DNA from: Acutalibacter intestini
GTDB taxonomy: Bacteria; Bacillota; Clostridia; Oscillospirales; Acutalibacteraceae
Direction: 5' to 3'
NCBI RefSeq assembly: GCF_034334985.1
Contig: NZ_JAWXXL010000008.1
Span: 65,041 to 89,040 of the forward strand
DNA: 24,000 nt
Shown here: positions 1 to 7,820 of the stretch, piece after piece
How positions within the stretch are numbered: the first letter of the stretch is position 1
Layout of the letters: every line of letters starts with the position of its first letter
The notes under the pieces: generated by a model
Database searches by the model: none
What the model saw: only the letters and a program-made list of their open reading frames with translations
What the model was told of the DNA's origin: nothing
Program-made: the position numbers and the translations under genes

Positions 1-998
1 TTGAAGTCCACGAAGTCTTCTATATATTCTCCAATCTGATAGCCGGGCTCATGCTGCGTGATGTATTCTCCCACGTCCGCGCAGGTTTCCGCTCCGTCCA
101 TGATAATGAAATCATGAAAATGGTCCGCCAGTTTTCTGATCTCATCCGCCTCAAGTGTTTCCGCATAGTCCGCAATATACAATAAGCTATGGGCGTCCAG
201 GTCTTTTCTGCTAAGAACCCCGGCAAGAGTATTGGCGTCTTCCAGACCCGCCTGATCAAAGACCTGCTGCAATATATCCAGCCAGATTTCGTCTTCATAT
301 GATAGGAGTTCAATCTCCATCGTACAGTCACTCCGGCATGGCGCCTCCAGCCTTTTCAAGGCTTTGTTGATAGAGATATCTTCCTCCGGCAGATACAGAT
401 ATTCGGTCTTTTCCATATAGTGCATATGTACGACCGCGATTGCGTCCTCCCTATCCATGAGGGGGAAAACTGTGCCATCGTAGACCTGCTGAAAGGGTAC
501 TTCTTCATTCTCAAACAGCAGGCCGTATTCCGTAGGAATACCCCTGCCGGAGGAGAGCAGATCGCGCCCTACTTGAGTGAAGTCGATGGTTTCCAGCTCG
601 GCCTTTGAAAGGGAGCCCTGGATGTTTAAGAGATGGCGCTTGCCGGTCCCGGTCCAATCGGAAACATCCCGGATAACCGTATAGCGGCTGACATTGAATG
701 ATAGGTTGATAAGCCGCTCCAGGTCTGGACTTTTCTCAAGACTCGCCGCTGCCATAAACTGGCTATACTCGCTGTCATTGAGGCGCTCCAGGCTCTTGGC
801 GAGGAAGTTCAGCTCATCCATGCTGACAGCCAGTTCCCTTAACATGCCCAAGCCCTTGGGCCAGATGATGCCGGAGCTTGGTACCTTATTTCCGCTGCCA
901 ATGGACTTTAGTTTGTCTGCCAGCTCGCTGTCTTTCATAGGGAAATCCCAGGCAGCGCTGCCCTCATTGTCGCTGATTTGTATTTTTATACTCACCAC
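1..998 (-). CDS. Hypothetical protein, 3' end outside the window; possible ArdA-like antirestriction repeats.
   Basis: This frame is open from 998 to the window edge and is absent from the ORF track because it has no stop in the window. GTG at 998-996 lies 5 nt after a GGAGG; an in-frame ATG at 1010 is an alternative start. Translation: VVSIKIQISDNEGSAAWDF...ELNFLAKSLERLNDSEYSQFMAA...LADHFHDFIIMDGAETCADVGEYI...IEDFVDF. The acidic helical LN-LA-L-L-D-E blocks recall ArdA, from memory only. Confidence 0.55.
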   Translation of the reverse strand, partial: MVSIKIQISDNEGSAAWDFPMKDSELADKLKSIGSGNKVPSSGIIWPKGLGMLRELAVSMDELNFLAKSLERLNDSEYSQFMAAASLEKSPDLERLINLSFNVSRYTVIRDVSDWTGTGKRHLLNIQGSLSKAELETIDFTQVGRDLLSSGRGIPTEYGLLFENEEVPFQQVYDGTVFPLMDREDAIAVVHMHYMEKTEYLYLPEEDISINKALKRLEAPCRSDCTMEIELLSYEDEIWLDILQQVFDQAGLEDANTLAGVLSRKDLDAHSLLYIADYAETLEADEIRKLADHFHDFIIMDGAETCADVGEYITQHEPGYQIGEYIEDFVDF

Positions 999-1014
999 TT
1001 TCACCTCCATTTTA

Positions 1015-2637
1015 TTACATATTTTCCGTTCTCGTCTTACCATCCTTAAATGTGATTTCTATTTCCTCTGCCGACTTCACATGGATGGTCGAGACCAGCC
1101 TGCGGGTCAGGATGTCATCGTATTCCATACCGCTTTCGGCAAACTGCCCGAGCAGTTCGTCAATTTCAGCCATGCGGGAGTCCGTGATGGCCCGGTTCTT
1201 TTGCTGGCTCTCTATGCCTGCCAGCCGCTGATTTAACTGTTCCAGCTCGTTCACAATATTGGTGAGGAGCAGTTCATATTTTGTAATGTCGTTTTCTTCC
1301 ATGCACCGGGCTACTAAGTCCTGTTTTTGCCGGGTCAGCTCCGTAATCCTAGCCCGGATATCTGCCTCGCCGCCGGGTATCTGGGGGGCCAGCGCCCGGT
1401 CCAGGTTTGCTTTGAGCAGTTCCATGTCAGCGCCCACATTTATGTACTGATTCATGATGCCGTTGACAATGGCGGTGTGGAGGGCTCCTTCTTCCAGCGT
1501 AGGGGACTCATTGCAAAACTGAGTACCGTAGTCCAGCCGTGTCCCGCACCGCCAGACAATTTTCTTCTTGCCCTTTTTTGCCCAGGTGGTTCGCCGGTAG
1601 GGGGAGCCGCATTTTCCACAGACCAGCAGCTCGCTGAGAGCGTATTTGCCCCGGTGCCTGCCCTCCAGCGGGTTCTTGGCTTTCTCCGTGGAAGCCCGCT
1701 TTGCCCTGCGCCGGGCGATTTCTTCCTGTACCTGCTGCCAGAGCTCCGGCTCGACGATGACCGGCAGGCAGTTGCTGACATAGTACTTGGCGCGTTCTCC
1801 GTTATTGACTTTGCTCCGTTCTGCGAACAGGCTGGGGCTAAATGTCTTTTGCAGGAGCGCGTCGCCCCGATATTTTTCATTTTGCAGAAGGGCCAGGATC
1901 ACCGTTGTGCTCCAAGTATCGCGGCCAAATGCTGTCTTGATGTGCATCCTTTCCAGCTTTTTCTTGATATCTCCGGGCGTCATGCCATCCAGATAATCCT
2001 TGTAGATCATCCGCACAACCCCAGCCTGTTCCTCGTCAATGACAGGCTCTCCATCTCCGCCTTTTTTGAACCCGAACATAGCCGGACTTACGCTGACCTT
2101 GCCCTGGGCGTAGGCCATGGCGTTGCCCCGGATGATGTTCTCCCGGATGGACTCGGACTCTGACTGGGAGAAGGCGCTGAAGAAGGCCAGCATCAACTCC
2201 GAGGTCATCTGGCTGGTATCCAGATTCTCCTTTTCAAATATTACGGTAACGCCCCTTTCCCGCAGGTTCCGCACCGTGCGCATGATGTCCACTGTGTTCC
2301 GGCCAAATCGGGACACCGACTTTACCAGAATCAGGTCAATGCGCCCCTCCCGGCAGTGCCGGAGCATCCGCTTGAACTCGTCCCGCTTTTTCATAGACAC
2401 GCCTGAGATGCCCTCGTCTGCGAAGATATCAGCCATTTTCCAGTTGGGATTGCTGGCGATTTTCTCGGTGTAATAGGTCTTCTGCACCTCAAAGCTGTTG
2501 AGCTGCTCGTCCTTGTCGGTGGAAACCCGGCAGTAAGCGGCCACCCGCAGTTTCTTCTTGGCAGGCTGGCCGGGGGCGGGGCCTTGGGTCTTGGCGGGTA
2601 TCACGGTGACGTTTTTTGCGTGAGCGTTCATGTTCAT
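1015..2637 (-). CDS. Large serine recombinase (resolvase catalytic domain, recombinase domain, zinc ribbon, coiled coil).
   Basis: N-terminus VAAYCRVSTDKDEQLNSFEVQ with the catalytic Ser; KSVSRFGRNTVD; YAQGK...FGF recombinase block; CGKCGSPY...WRCG zinc ribbon. The start overlaps the upstream stop (ATGA at 2634-2637). Confidence 0.95.
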   Translation of the reverse strand: MNMNAHAKNVTVIPAKTQGPAPGQPAKKKLRVAAYCRVSTDKDEQLNSFEVQKTYYTEKIASNPNWKMADIFADEGISGVSMKKRDEFKRMLRHCREGRIDLILVKSVSRFGRNTVDIMRTVRNLRERGVTVIFEKENLDTSQMTSELMLAFFSAFSQSESESIRENIIRGNAMAYAQGKVSVSPAMFGFKKGGDGEPVIDEEQAGVVRMIYKDYLDGMTPGDIKKKLERMHIKTAFGRDTWSTTVILALLQNEKYRGDALLQKTFSPSLFAERSKVNNGERAKYYVSNCLPVIVEPELWQQVQEEIARRRAKRASTEKAKNPLEGRHRGKYALSELLVCGKCGSPYRRTTWAKKGKKKIVWRCGTRLDYGTQFCNESPTLEEGALHTAIVNGIMNQYINVGADMELLKANLDRALAPQIPGGEADIRARITELTRQKQDLVARCMEENDITKYELLLTNIVNELEQLNQRLAGIESQQKNRAITDSRMAEIDELLGQFAESGMEYDDILTRRLVSTIHVKSAEEIEITFKDGKTRTENM

Positions 2638-3485
2638 TTTTTCCTTTCTGTTACGATATGTCTATTCTGCAATTCCAGCCCCAGCGAACCGTCTGGACGC
2701 AGCAGTATTCTCCTGACCGTGCGTTGGAACAGCTCTCTCTGAAAATCCAGGGATGGTTTGGACTTTGCGAAGTCAGCCATGAGCCTTGCCGTGATAGACT
2801 CCCGGCTGTCAATGGCCTGGTAATTCGCCGCCCCGATTTCAAATACCATCTTGATGAGCTCACCCTCGCTGGCCTGCCTACTGTCCAGCGCACGGTGAAA
2901 CTCGTTTAAGAGACGCTTGCTTTCCAGGATGCGCACTTCCGGGGCAGGATCGTCCGGGGAGGCAGTGTCAGGCGTGTTAATCAGGGTGTTCATGATAGTG
3001 ATAACCTGTGCCTTGAATCCATCATCCGACGGCCTCACCGACCAGCCGCAGTCCGGGCATTTCCAAGAGACCGGCTCGGCGGACCGGGAATCTGTTCGGC
3101 GGGTGACCTTTTTGCCGCATTTGGCGCAGACTGTAAGCTCTTTAAACAGCTTGGTGTCATCGTCTATGGTGAGCTTGTTGGTATTCGTCTGCTCCTTTTT
3201 GAGATTGGCCGCTACAAACTGTTCTCTTTGGATGAGGGCTGGGTATTCGTCTGAACCGATATACCTGCTGTTCTCCAAAATGCGCTTGATGCGGGCCTTG
3301 TCCCAACTCGTCTTTCCGGGGCTGTACTCCAACTGCCGGTGGGTCAGGTCCTCCGCTATCACCTTGAGGGAATCTCCGGCGCAGTAGCGGTGGAATATCT
3401 CCCCCACGATCTGGCTCTCGTCGGGGTGGGGGACCGGCTGTCCGGCCTCAAACTTGTATCCGTAGGGAATGTAGCGGTTACTCAT
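2634..3485 (-). CDS. Recombinase-domain and zinc-ribbon protein with no resolvase catalytic domain (truncated serine-recombinase paralogue).
   Basis: Begins directly with IPYGYKFEAG, the start of the recombinase domain. Also has ENSRYIGSDEYPALI and CAKCGKK...WKCPDCGW (zinc ribbon). No RVS(T/S) catalytic block. ATGA overlaps at both ends (3482-3485 and 2634-2637). Confidence 0.85.
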   Translation of the reverse strand: MSNRYIPYGYKFEAGQPVPHPDESQIVGEIFHRYCAGDSLKVIAEDLTHRQLEYSPGKTSWDKARIKRILENSRYIGSDEYPALIQREQFVAANLKKEQTNTNKLTIDDDTKLFKELTVCAKCGKKVTRRTDSRSAEPVSWKCPDCGWSVRPSDDGFKAQVITIMNTLINTPDTASPDDPAPEVRILESKRLLNEFHRALDSRQASEGELIKMVFEIGAANYQAIDSRESITARLMADFAKSKPSLDFQRELFQRTVRRILLRPDGSLGLELQNRHIVTERKK

Positions 3486-5014
3486 GATGGGATTTCCTCC
3501 GTAAGCTCCAGACCGCAGTGCAGCCGGAAGGTCAGTTTATTGCCTGCCGTGGGGATGATTTTCTCTACTATCTCGTCAAATTGGTCAATGTCAAACTCTG
3601 TGGGCACACCCGGCCAACTGGAAAGAATGGCCTGCAATTCCTCCAGCTTTTCCATAGCTGAGTGGGATTGCAGGCCATGTAGTTTTTTGTTTCGCTCTGC
3701 TGACAGCTTTTTCCGCTGGGAGGTAAGGCTTTCGTTCTGGATACGGAACTCGTCCGGGCTGATGAAACCCTTGCTGCTGAGTTTTTGCAGAGTGAGGGAT
3801 TTGTCATTAAGAGCGGCGATGGATTGGTTCAGCTCGAAGAGCTTGGTTTCGACAGTATTTTGACAATACTCTACTTCCATCAGCAGCCCACAAATCCCCG
3901 AAAGCAGTTGTTCATAGCAGAGAAATAGTTTTATGTTGAAATTTGCAATTGTCGTGCATATCGTTTCTTCTCTAAAGCGATAGGGCGAACAGGTGTCTGA
4001 GCCGTTCGCTCTATTGGGACAAATCCAATAAGATTTATCATTCGCTTGTAAGTGCCTAAAGAATCTGCCACAATCAGGGCATACTATTTTGTGCGTAAAT
4101 ATATGTCTCTTACGATTCGAATTACCGTTTTTGGATTTTAGCATAACCTGTGTGAGCTCAAAATCTCTTTTTGATATAATTGGAGGGTGTGAATTTGCAA
4201 CATAGTATTGTGGGCATTCGCCTCTATTTTTCCGTTTATAGTGCTTTAGAGAATCAGCCGTATAATGTTTTTGCAGTAAAGCATCGCCAATGTACCTCTC
4301 GTTATCTAAAAGCTGACGAACCGTTGAATACAGCCACTTTCTTCCGTGATGTGCCGTGATTCTTTTTTCATTCAGCCTCATAGCTATCTTTCCTATACTC
4401 TCGCCAGAAAGATATAATTTGAAAATATTTCTAACAATTTCTGCTTCTTCTGGGACGATTTCAAGTTGACTGTTAGATAACTTGTATCCATATGGAGTAC
4501 GTGTTCCGAAAAATGTGCCGTTCTCCATTCTTTTTTGATAGCTCCACTGTATGTTCCTAGATATTGACAGGCTCTCCTCCTGCGCCGCCATAGCGTACAT
4601 GGTGAGCTGCATCTCTCCAAGCACCTGGGAGGTATCAAAGCCCTGCTCCTCAAAAACAACGACCACGCCCAAGTCCTTCAGCTCGCGCGTGGTCTCTAAC
4701 AGCTCTGTTGTATTTCTGGCAAACCGGGACACGGATTTCACCAGCACCCGCTGGATCTTCCCCTCCCGGCAGTCTGCCAGCATCCGCTTGAACTCGTCCC
4801 GCTTGTCGATGCTGGTGCCTGTTATGCCCGCATCGGCATATAGGTCGTACAGCTCCCAGTCGGGGTTGTCGTTTATCAGCTTGGTGTAGTAAGCAATTTG
4901 AGAGTGATAGGAGTTGAGCTGGTCCGCTGAATCAGTGGATACCCTGCAGTAAGCCGCAACGGATTCCTTTTCGCTGGGCAGTACTATGGGGTCTATTCTC
5001 TGCACCTGCAGCAT
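3482..5014 (-). CDS. Large serine recombinase.
   Basis: VAAYCRVSTDSADQLNSYHSQ, KSVSRFARNTTE, TPYGYKL, DNERYIGDALLQK, CPDCGRFF...WICP zinc ribbon. ATG 5014 lies about 10 nt after AAAGGAGA; the ORF-track start GTG 5023 abuts the SD and is less likely. Confidence 0.93.
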   Translation of the reverse strand: MLQVQRIDPIVLPSEKESVAAYCRVSTDSADQLNSYHSQIAYYTKLINDNPDWELYDLYADAGITGTSIDKRDEFKRMLADCREGKIQRVLVKSVSRFARNTTELLETTRELKDLGVVVVFEEQGFDTSQVLGEMQLTMYAMAAQEESLSISRNIQWSYQKRMENGTFFGTRTPYGYKLSNSQLEIVPEEAEIVRNIFKLYLSGESIGKIAMRLNEKRITAHHGRKWLYSTVRQLLDNERYIGDALLQKHYTADSLKHYKRKNRGECPQYYVANSHPPIISKRDFELTQVMLKSKNGNSNRKRHIFTHKIVCPDCGRFFRHLQANDKSYWICPNRANGSDTCSPYRFREETICTTIANFNIKLFLCYEQLLSGICGLLMEVEYCQNTVETKLFELNQSIAALNDKSLTLQKLSSKGFISPDEFRIQNESLTSQRKKLSAERNKKLHGLQSHSAMEKLEELQAILSSWPGVPTEFDIDQFDEIVEKIIPTAGNKLTFRLHCGLELTEEIPS

Positions 5015-5085
5015 CTCTGTCACTCTCCTTTCGTCTGGTTACCAACACACTACCACACCCGGCCCCGAAAATCCATTCACGAATG

Positions 5086-5235
5086 TCACCGAATGTACTC
5101 CCGGTCAGGGTGCAGGATTTCGGCGTTGTACCTACTGGCCCGCGCGCGTTCTTCTTCGTTGATGGCTCCCTGTTCCACCAGGAAATCCAGGGCCTTTTGC
5201 AGAAGATAAAACTTGACGTTATTCTCTTGGTTCAT
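5086..5235 (-). CDS. Small hypothetical protein (49 aa), translationally coupled inside the recombinase cassette.
   Basis: Found by hand; it is below the ORF-track size cutoff. Translation: MNQENNVKFYLLQKALDFLVEQGAINEEERARASRYNAEILHPDREYIR. Its ATG overlaps the stop of the upstream gene (ATGA at 5232-5235). Confidence 0.5.
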   Translation of the reverse strand: MNQENNVKFYLLQKALDFLVEQGAINEEERARASRYNAEILHPDREYIR

Positions 5236-5615
5236 AGCATCTGCCCTCCCATCTCTATATTATCGGCGGCTTGCTCCGCAAGCACATCCGGCAAGGTGCA
5301 AATATTCTCTCTTACAAGGCACAGTCCTTTCCCGCACTGTGAAAGCTCCTGGCCTATCTGGAGTATCCCGCGAATATCCCCACCGAATCGGGAAATACTG
5401 ACCGCCGCCAGCACATCGAAGGTGTCCTGTTCTACGGCGTTGTGTACCAGCTCCAGCAGTTCATCTCTGCCGTTGCCAGTCACCAACGTTGTTCCCACAA
5501 TCGTCAAATCATGCTCAGCGCAAAAGCGCTCCAGCTCCGTCTTTTGCAGTGCCAGATGGTCGCTTGCGTCTGCACTCCAGCCGTTTGCCACCCGGCAGTA
5601 TAACCATGCTCTCAT
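5232..5615 (-). CDS. Resolvase-type N-terminal domain protein with Ala in place of the nucleophilic Ser (predicted catalytically dead).
   Basis: MRAWLYCRVANGW aligns with the (A/L)YCRVSTD block of the two full-length recombinases here but reads RVA instead of RVS. AAVSISRFGGD aligns with KSVSRFGRN. There is no recombinase or zinc-ribbon domain. ATG 5615 is preceded by AAAGGAA; the ORF-track start 5699 adds 28 non-homologous residues. Confidence 0.7.
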   Translation of the reverse strand: MRAWLYCRVANGWSADASDHLALQKTELERFCAEHDLTIVGTTLVTGNGRDELLELVHNAVEQDTFDVLAAVSISRFGGDIRGILQIGQELSQCGKGLCLVRENICTLPDVLAEQAADNIEMGGQML

Positions 5616-6091
5616 AACTTCACGTTCCTTTCTGTTTTTCTGCTCATGATACACAGGCGGGGATAGATACAGTTCGCCTATCCCCGTAGCGTCTATCATG
5701 AAAAATAGAAATCTGATTTTAGTTCTCTGGCCATATTTGCCCTGCGCCCCCGGCCCCGGGAATGTATCGGACGGATGCTGGCTAACACCCTCATGGTGAT
5801 CTCAACCCCGCGCGGTTCTCGCCCGGCTGCCCCCATTGCGTGAGTCTGTGGCTGGACAGAAGTTCTCAGCCTCCTGCTGGTCCTCGCCGGGATGGGGCCC
5901 GCCTATCCCCTGGGCCAATCGGCCCGCTGGCTTGCAGTCAGAAGGTGATGTATCCGATACATTGCGTATTTTGTTGTCAAAGTCCGCAAGAGCTACAGAG
6001 GGCGTTTCCGGGGTGAATTATGGCCTTTTGGCATCCCCGGAAAATGTCCCTCTATATATTCCGTACATTTTCGGGGCTAAAATTGCCCCCC

Positions 6092-6511
6092 TCAAGAAAA
6101 TTTCTCGCATATTTTTCTGAGGGCAACTTCTCCGCGCTCTATACTCCGGGATATTGTTGCTGGGTTACAGCCTTCTGAACGGGCAATTTCAGCCTTGCTC
6201 ATACCCAAAAAGTAGTAGGCAATAAGGCGTGACCGCTGCTTTTCCGGCAAGGACTGCAAACCCTTATATAGAAGCTCTCTCATATTGCTCTGCTCCAGAA
6301 TTTCCTCCGGGAGCGGTCCTTCTGCCGGGAACTCCCGAATCTCATTCATCAGTTCCAGCGAGTACATGGCCTTGTGGCGGTATGTACGGATGCGCAGAGC
6401 ATCCTCGGCCCGGGCAAGCTCTTGCAGGAGGTCAGCCACCTCATCGGGAACTTGTACCATAACATCGTGAGTGTAGTTCGGGTAGTATTTCCGCAGATTA
6501 ATTTCTTTCAT
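6092..6511 (-). CDS. Sigma-70 region-4 / ECF-like HTH regulator of the conjugative-transposon type.
   Basis: LPEKQRSRLIAYYFLGMSKAEIARSEGCNPATISRSIERG is a classic region-4 HTH. ATG 6511 follows GGAGAG with a 6-nt spacer. Confidence 0.8.
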   Translation of the reverse strand: MKEINLRKYYPNYTHDVMVQVPDEVADLLQELARAEDALRIRTYRHKAMYSLELMNEIREFPAEGPLPEEILEQSNMRELLYKGLQSLPEKQRSRLIAYYFLGMSKAEIARSEGCNPATISRSIERGEVALRKICEKFS

Positions 6512-6522
6512 TTTGCTCTCTC

Positions 6523-6560
6523 CAATCTGATTTTTGTTGTTGTGAACCAAAATCAGATTG
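6523..6560. promoter_or_regulatory. Perfect 12-bp inverted repeat (CAATCTGATTTT, 14 nt, AAAATCAGATTG) abutting the RBS of the sigma-like gene.
   Basis: Arms at 6523-6534 and 6549-6560, read directly. It could be an operator or a 5'-UTR hairpin. Confidence 0.4.
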
Positions 6561-6589
6561 AAAAGGCGGGGAGCGGCAGCGGGGTCGGA

Positions 6590-6660
6590 CCGTAAAAAAG
6601 GGCATAAAAAGAGCCTGTATGCATTTCCTGGATTTATCCAGAAAGTGTATACAGGCTTCT
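6590..6660 (-). terminator. Rho-independent terminator downstream of agrB.
   Basis: 9-bp stem AGCCTGTAT/ATACAGGCT (6612-6620 and 6649-6657) with an inner CTGGAT/ATCCAG pairing. On the minus strand it is followed by CTCTTTTTATGCCCTTTTTT. A second hairpin, CCACTGC/GCAGTGG, lies at 6702-6723. Confidence 0.55.
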
Positions 6661-6803
6661 TTATGATTCTGAAAGGCTAGGACACAAGAGGAAAGGCCCG
6701 GCCACTGCTGAAAAACGCAGTGGTCAGGAAGATGGCTTTAGCAAAACAGGATTGAATTGGCGAAAAGATAGGAAACCGAAAGTATCAATACCCATTTTGC
6801 TGA

Positions 6804-7400
6804 TTATTGTCCCTCCCTTTCATGGTAACGCTTTTTGAGAAAAAGGCATGGAAACTGGAGCGCTGCCGAGAGAATTAGTCCAGAGCCAACCGAAACAGCC
6901 GCCCAGGTCTGATGAAAAGCCGTCAGCACAGCGCATATGGCAATGGTGATCATGGATAGAACGATGGTAATTTTCTTAAAGACCTTCTTTTCGTTCTGCG
7001 TCAGCCTCCGGCCCTCTGAATCTATGGGGCTGAACACAATAATTTGAGCAGCCGCAAGTAGTAGCACCGCACACCACCAGCCATATCCCGATGTATCAAG
7101 GACCAAGCGTATTCCTAACAGGAATGCGGTTAATACTAAGGTTGACACGATGCCGCAGAGCACAGAAGACTGGAAGTGGAACCCTCCGCAAAACTTGCGG
7201 ATCAAGATAAAGGGGATAATCAGCAGAATCCCCTCTACAACCATGTGGAGGAACATGCTGATAATCAGCACCAGACCCAAAGGACACAGAGTGAAAAGAA
7301 AACTGTAGATGCCGTACTCGTAGAGTTCCACGTCACTAGCAGAAATGGCTCCTGCCTGCAGGAGCCATTTTGCAGTGACGGCGGCTAACCGCTTGATCAC
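6804..7400 (-). CDS. agrB: AgrB-family autoinducer-processing membrane peptidase.
   Basis: Polytopic membrane protein with IRKFCGGFHFQSSVLC. The His, and a Cys 7 residues later, have the same spacing as the catalytic His/Cys pair of S. aureus AgrB (RRHAHGAHAPSSFWC, from memory). GTG 7400 overlaps the agrD stop (GTGA). Confidence 0.88.
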   Translation of the reverse strand: MIKRLAAVTAKWLLQAGAISASDVELYEYGIYSFLFTLCPLGLVLIISMFLHMVVEGILLIIPFILIRKFCGGFHFQSSVLCGIVSTLVLTAFLLGIRLVLDTSGYGWWCAVLLLAAAQIIVFSPIDSEGRRLTQNEKKVFKKITIVLSMITIAICAVLTAFHQTWAAVSVGSGLILSAALQFPCLFLKKRYHEREGQ

Positions 7401-7552
7401 TTGAGCTTGCTGAACCGGCGCAGGGTCTCGGGGGCTTTGGGCTGGAATACAACGCAAGAAGAGGCTGAATTGGCGCCCACAAACAGTACTGCAGATAAGA
7501 AAAAAGCGGTAAGCCCAGCAAGACGGGAAACGGCAGCTTTAATAGTTGTCAT
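7397..7552 (-). CDS. agrD: AgrD-type cyclic (thio)lactone autoinducing-peptide precursor, 51 aa.
   Basis: MTTIKAAVSRLAGLTAFFLSAVLFVGANSASSCVVFQPKAPETLRRFSKLK: a hydrophobic leader, a single Cys followed by C-x4-P-x2-PE, and a charged tail. GGAGG lies 8 nt upstream of ATG 7552. The gene sits immediately upstream of agrB and overlaps it. Confidence 0.8.
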   Translation of the reverse strand: MTTIKAAVSRLAGLTAFFLSAVLFVGANSASSCVVFQPKAPETLRRFSKLK

Positions 7553-7583
7553 TGAGATGACCTCCTTGTTATATGATAAATTT

Positions 7584-7655
7584 ATTATAATACATCTCAG
7601 CAAAAAAAGATAGGGCCTTTGCATGAACGGTTAATAATCAATTAAAAATGGTATT
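7584..7655 (-). promoter_or_regulatory. agrD-agrB promoter with paired LytTR-type boxes.
   Basis: Minus strand reads AATACCATTTTTAATTGATTATTAACCGTTCATGCAAAG, gccc, TATCTT (weak -35), 17 nt, TATAAT. ACCGTTCAT fits the LytTR 9-mer consensus [TA][AC][CA]GTTN[AG][TG]. A second ACC-box sits exactly 21 bp upstream. Confidence 0.55.
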
Positions 7656-7820
7656 TTTTGGAGAAAAAAGCCAAAATACACTTGTTTGAATGTGAAAGTT
7701 CGTTATAAAACAAGAAAAAGCAAAAAGCACACATTGCAGTGTGTAGTTAAATTATAATTTGTCGTTTTCTCATTCCAACCATGCTAAAATATGTGTATGC
7801 CTTTAGGAAAGGAGAAACTA

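Larger units (their letters stand above)
1..6600. mobile_element. Recombination and regulation end-module of an integrated mobile element (ICE- or transposon-like): serine-recombinase cassette plus sigma-like regulator. Boundaries not determined.
   Basis: Co-directional, overlapping (ATGA) recombinase genes, an ArdA-like ORF and a sigma-70 region-4 regulator, a set typical of Firmicutes conjugative or integrative elements. No att sites or target duplications could be identified by eye. Confidence 0.5.

Noticed and set aside
20-331. ORF-track CDS of 103 aa on the minus strand.
   Set aside because: It overlaps, out of frame, a much longer open frame that runs to the window edge. Its composition (W/R/S-rich, no motif) is not protein-like.
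1327-2163. Long plus-strand ORFs antisense to the recombinase genes: 694-1236, 1327-2163, 2117-2473, 2917-3387, 3339-3863, 4551-4889 and 5083-5649.
   Set aside because: All lie opposite genes with unambiguous serine-recombinase motifs and are Pro/Arg/Ser/Leu-rich. This is the usual shadow-frame artefact in GC-rich coding DNA.
5761-5963. Retron msr/msd, suggested by the 11-bp long-range inverted repeat resembling a1/a2.
   Set aside because: No RT gene is adjacent. The only RT is 9 kb away on a separate operon and is of group II type, not retron type. No conserved branching-G context could be identified.
5836-6120. A 94-aa plus-strand ORF in the GC-rich spacer.
   Set aside because: It has no RBS, a GC-driven composition, and overlaps the 3' end of the sigma-like gene. 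The spacer is better treated as non-coding.
7397-7624. The full 75-aa ORF-track version of the agrD ORF, and the 217-aa version of agrB (6804-7457).
   Set aside because: The N-terminal extensions lack an RBS and run into the promoter or the neighbouring gene. The internal starts (ATG 7552 with GGAGG; GTG 7400 overlapping the agrD stop) give family-typical lengths.
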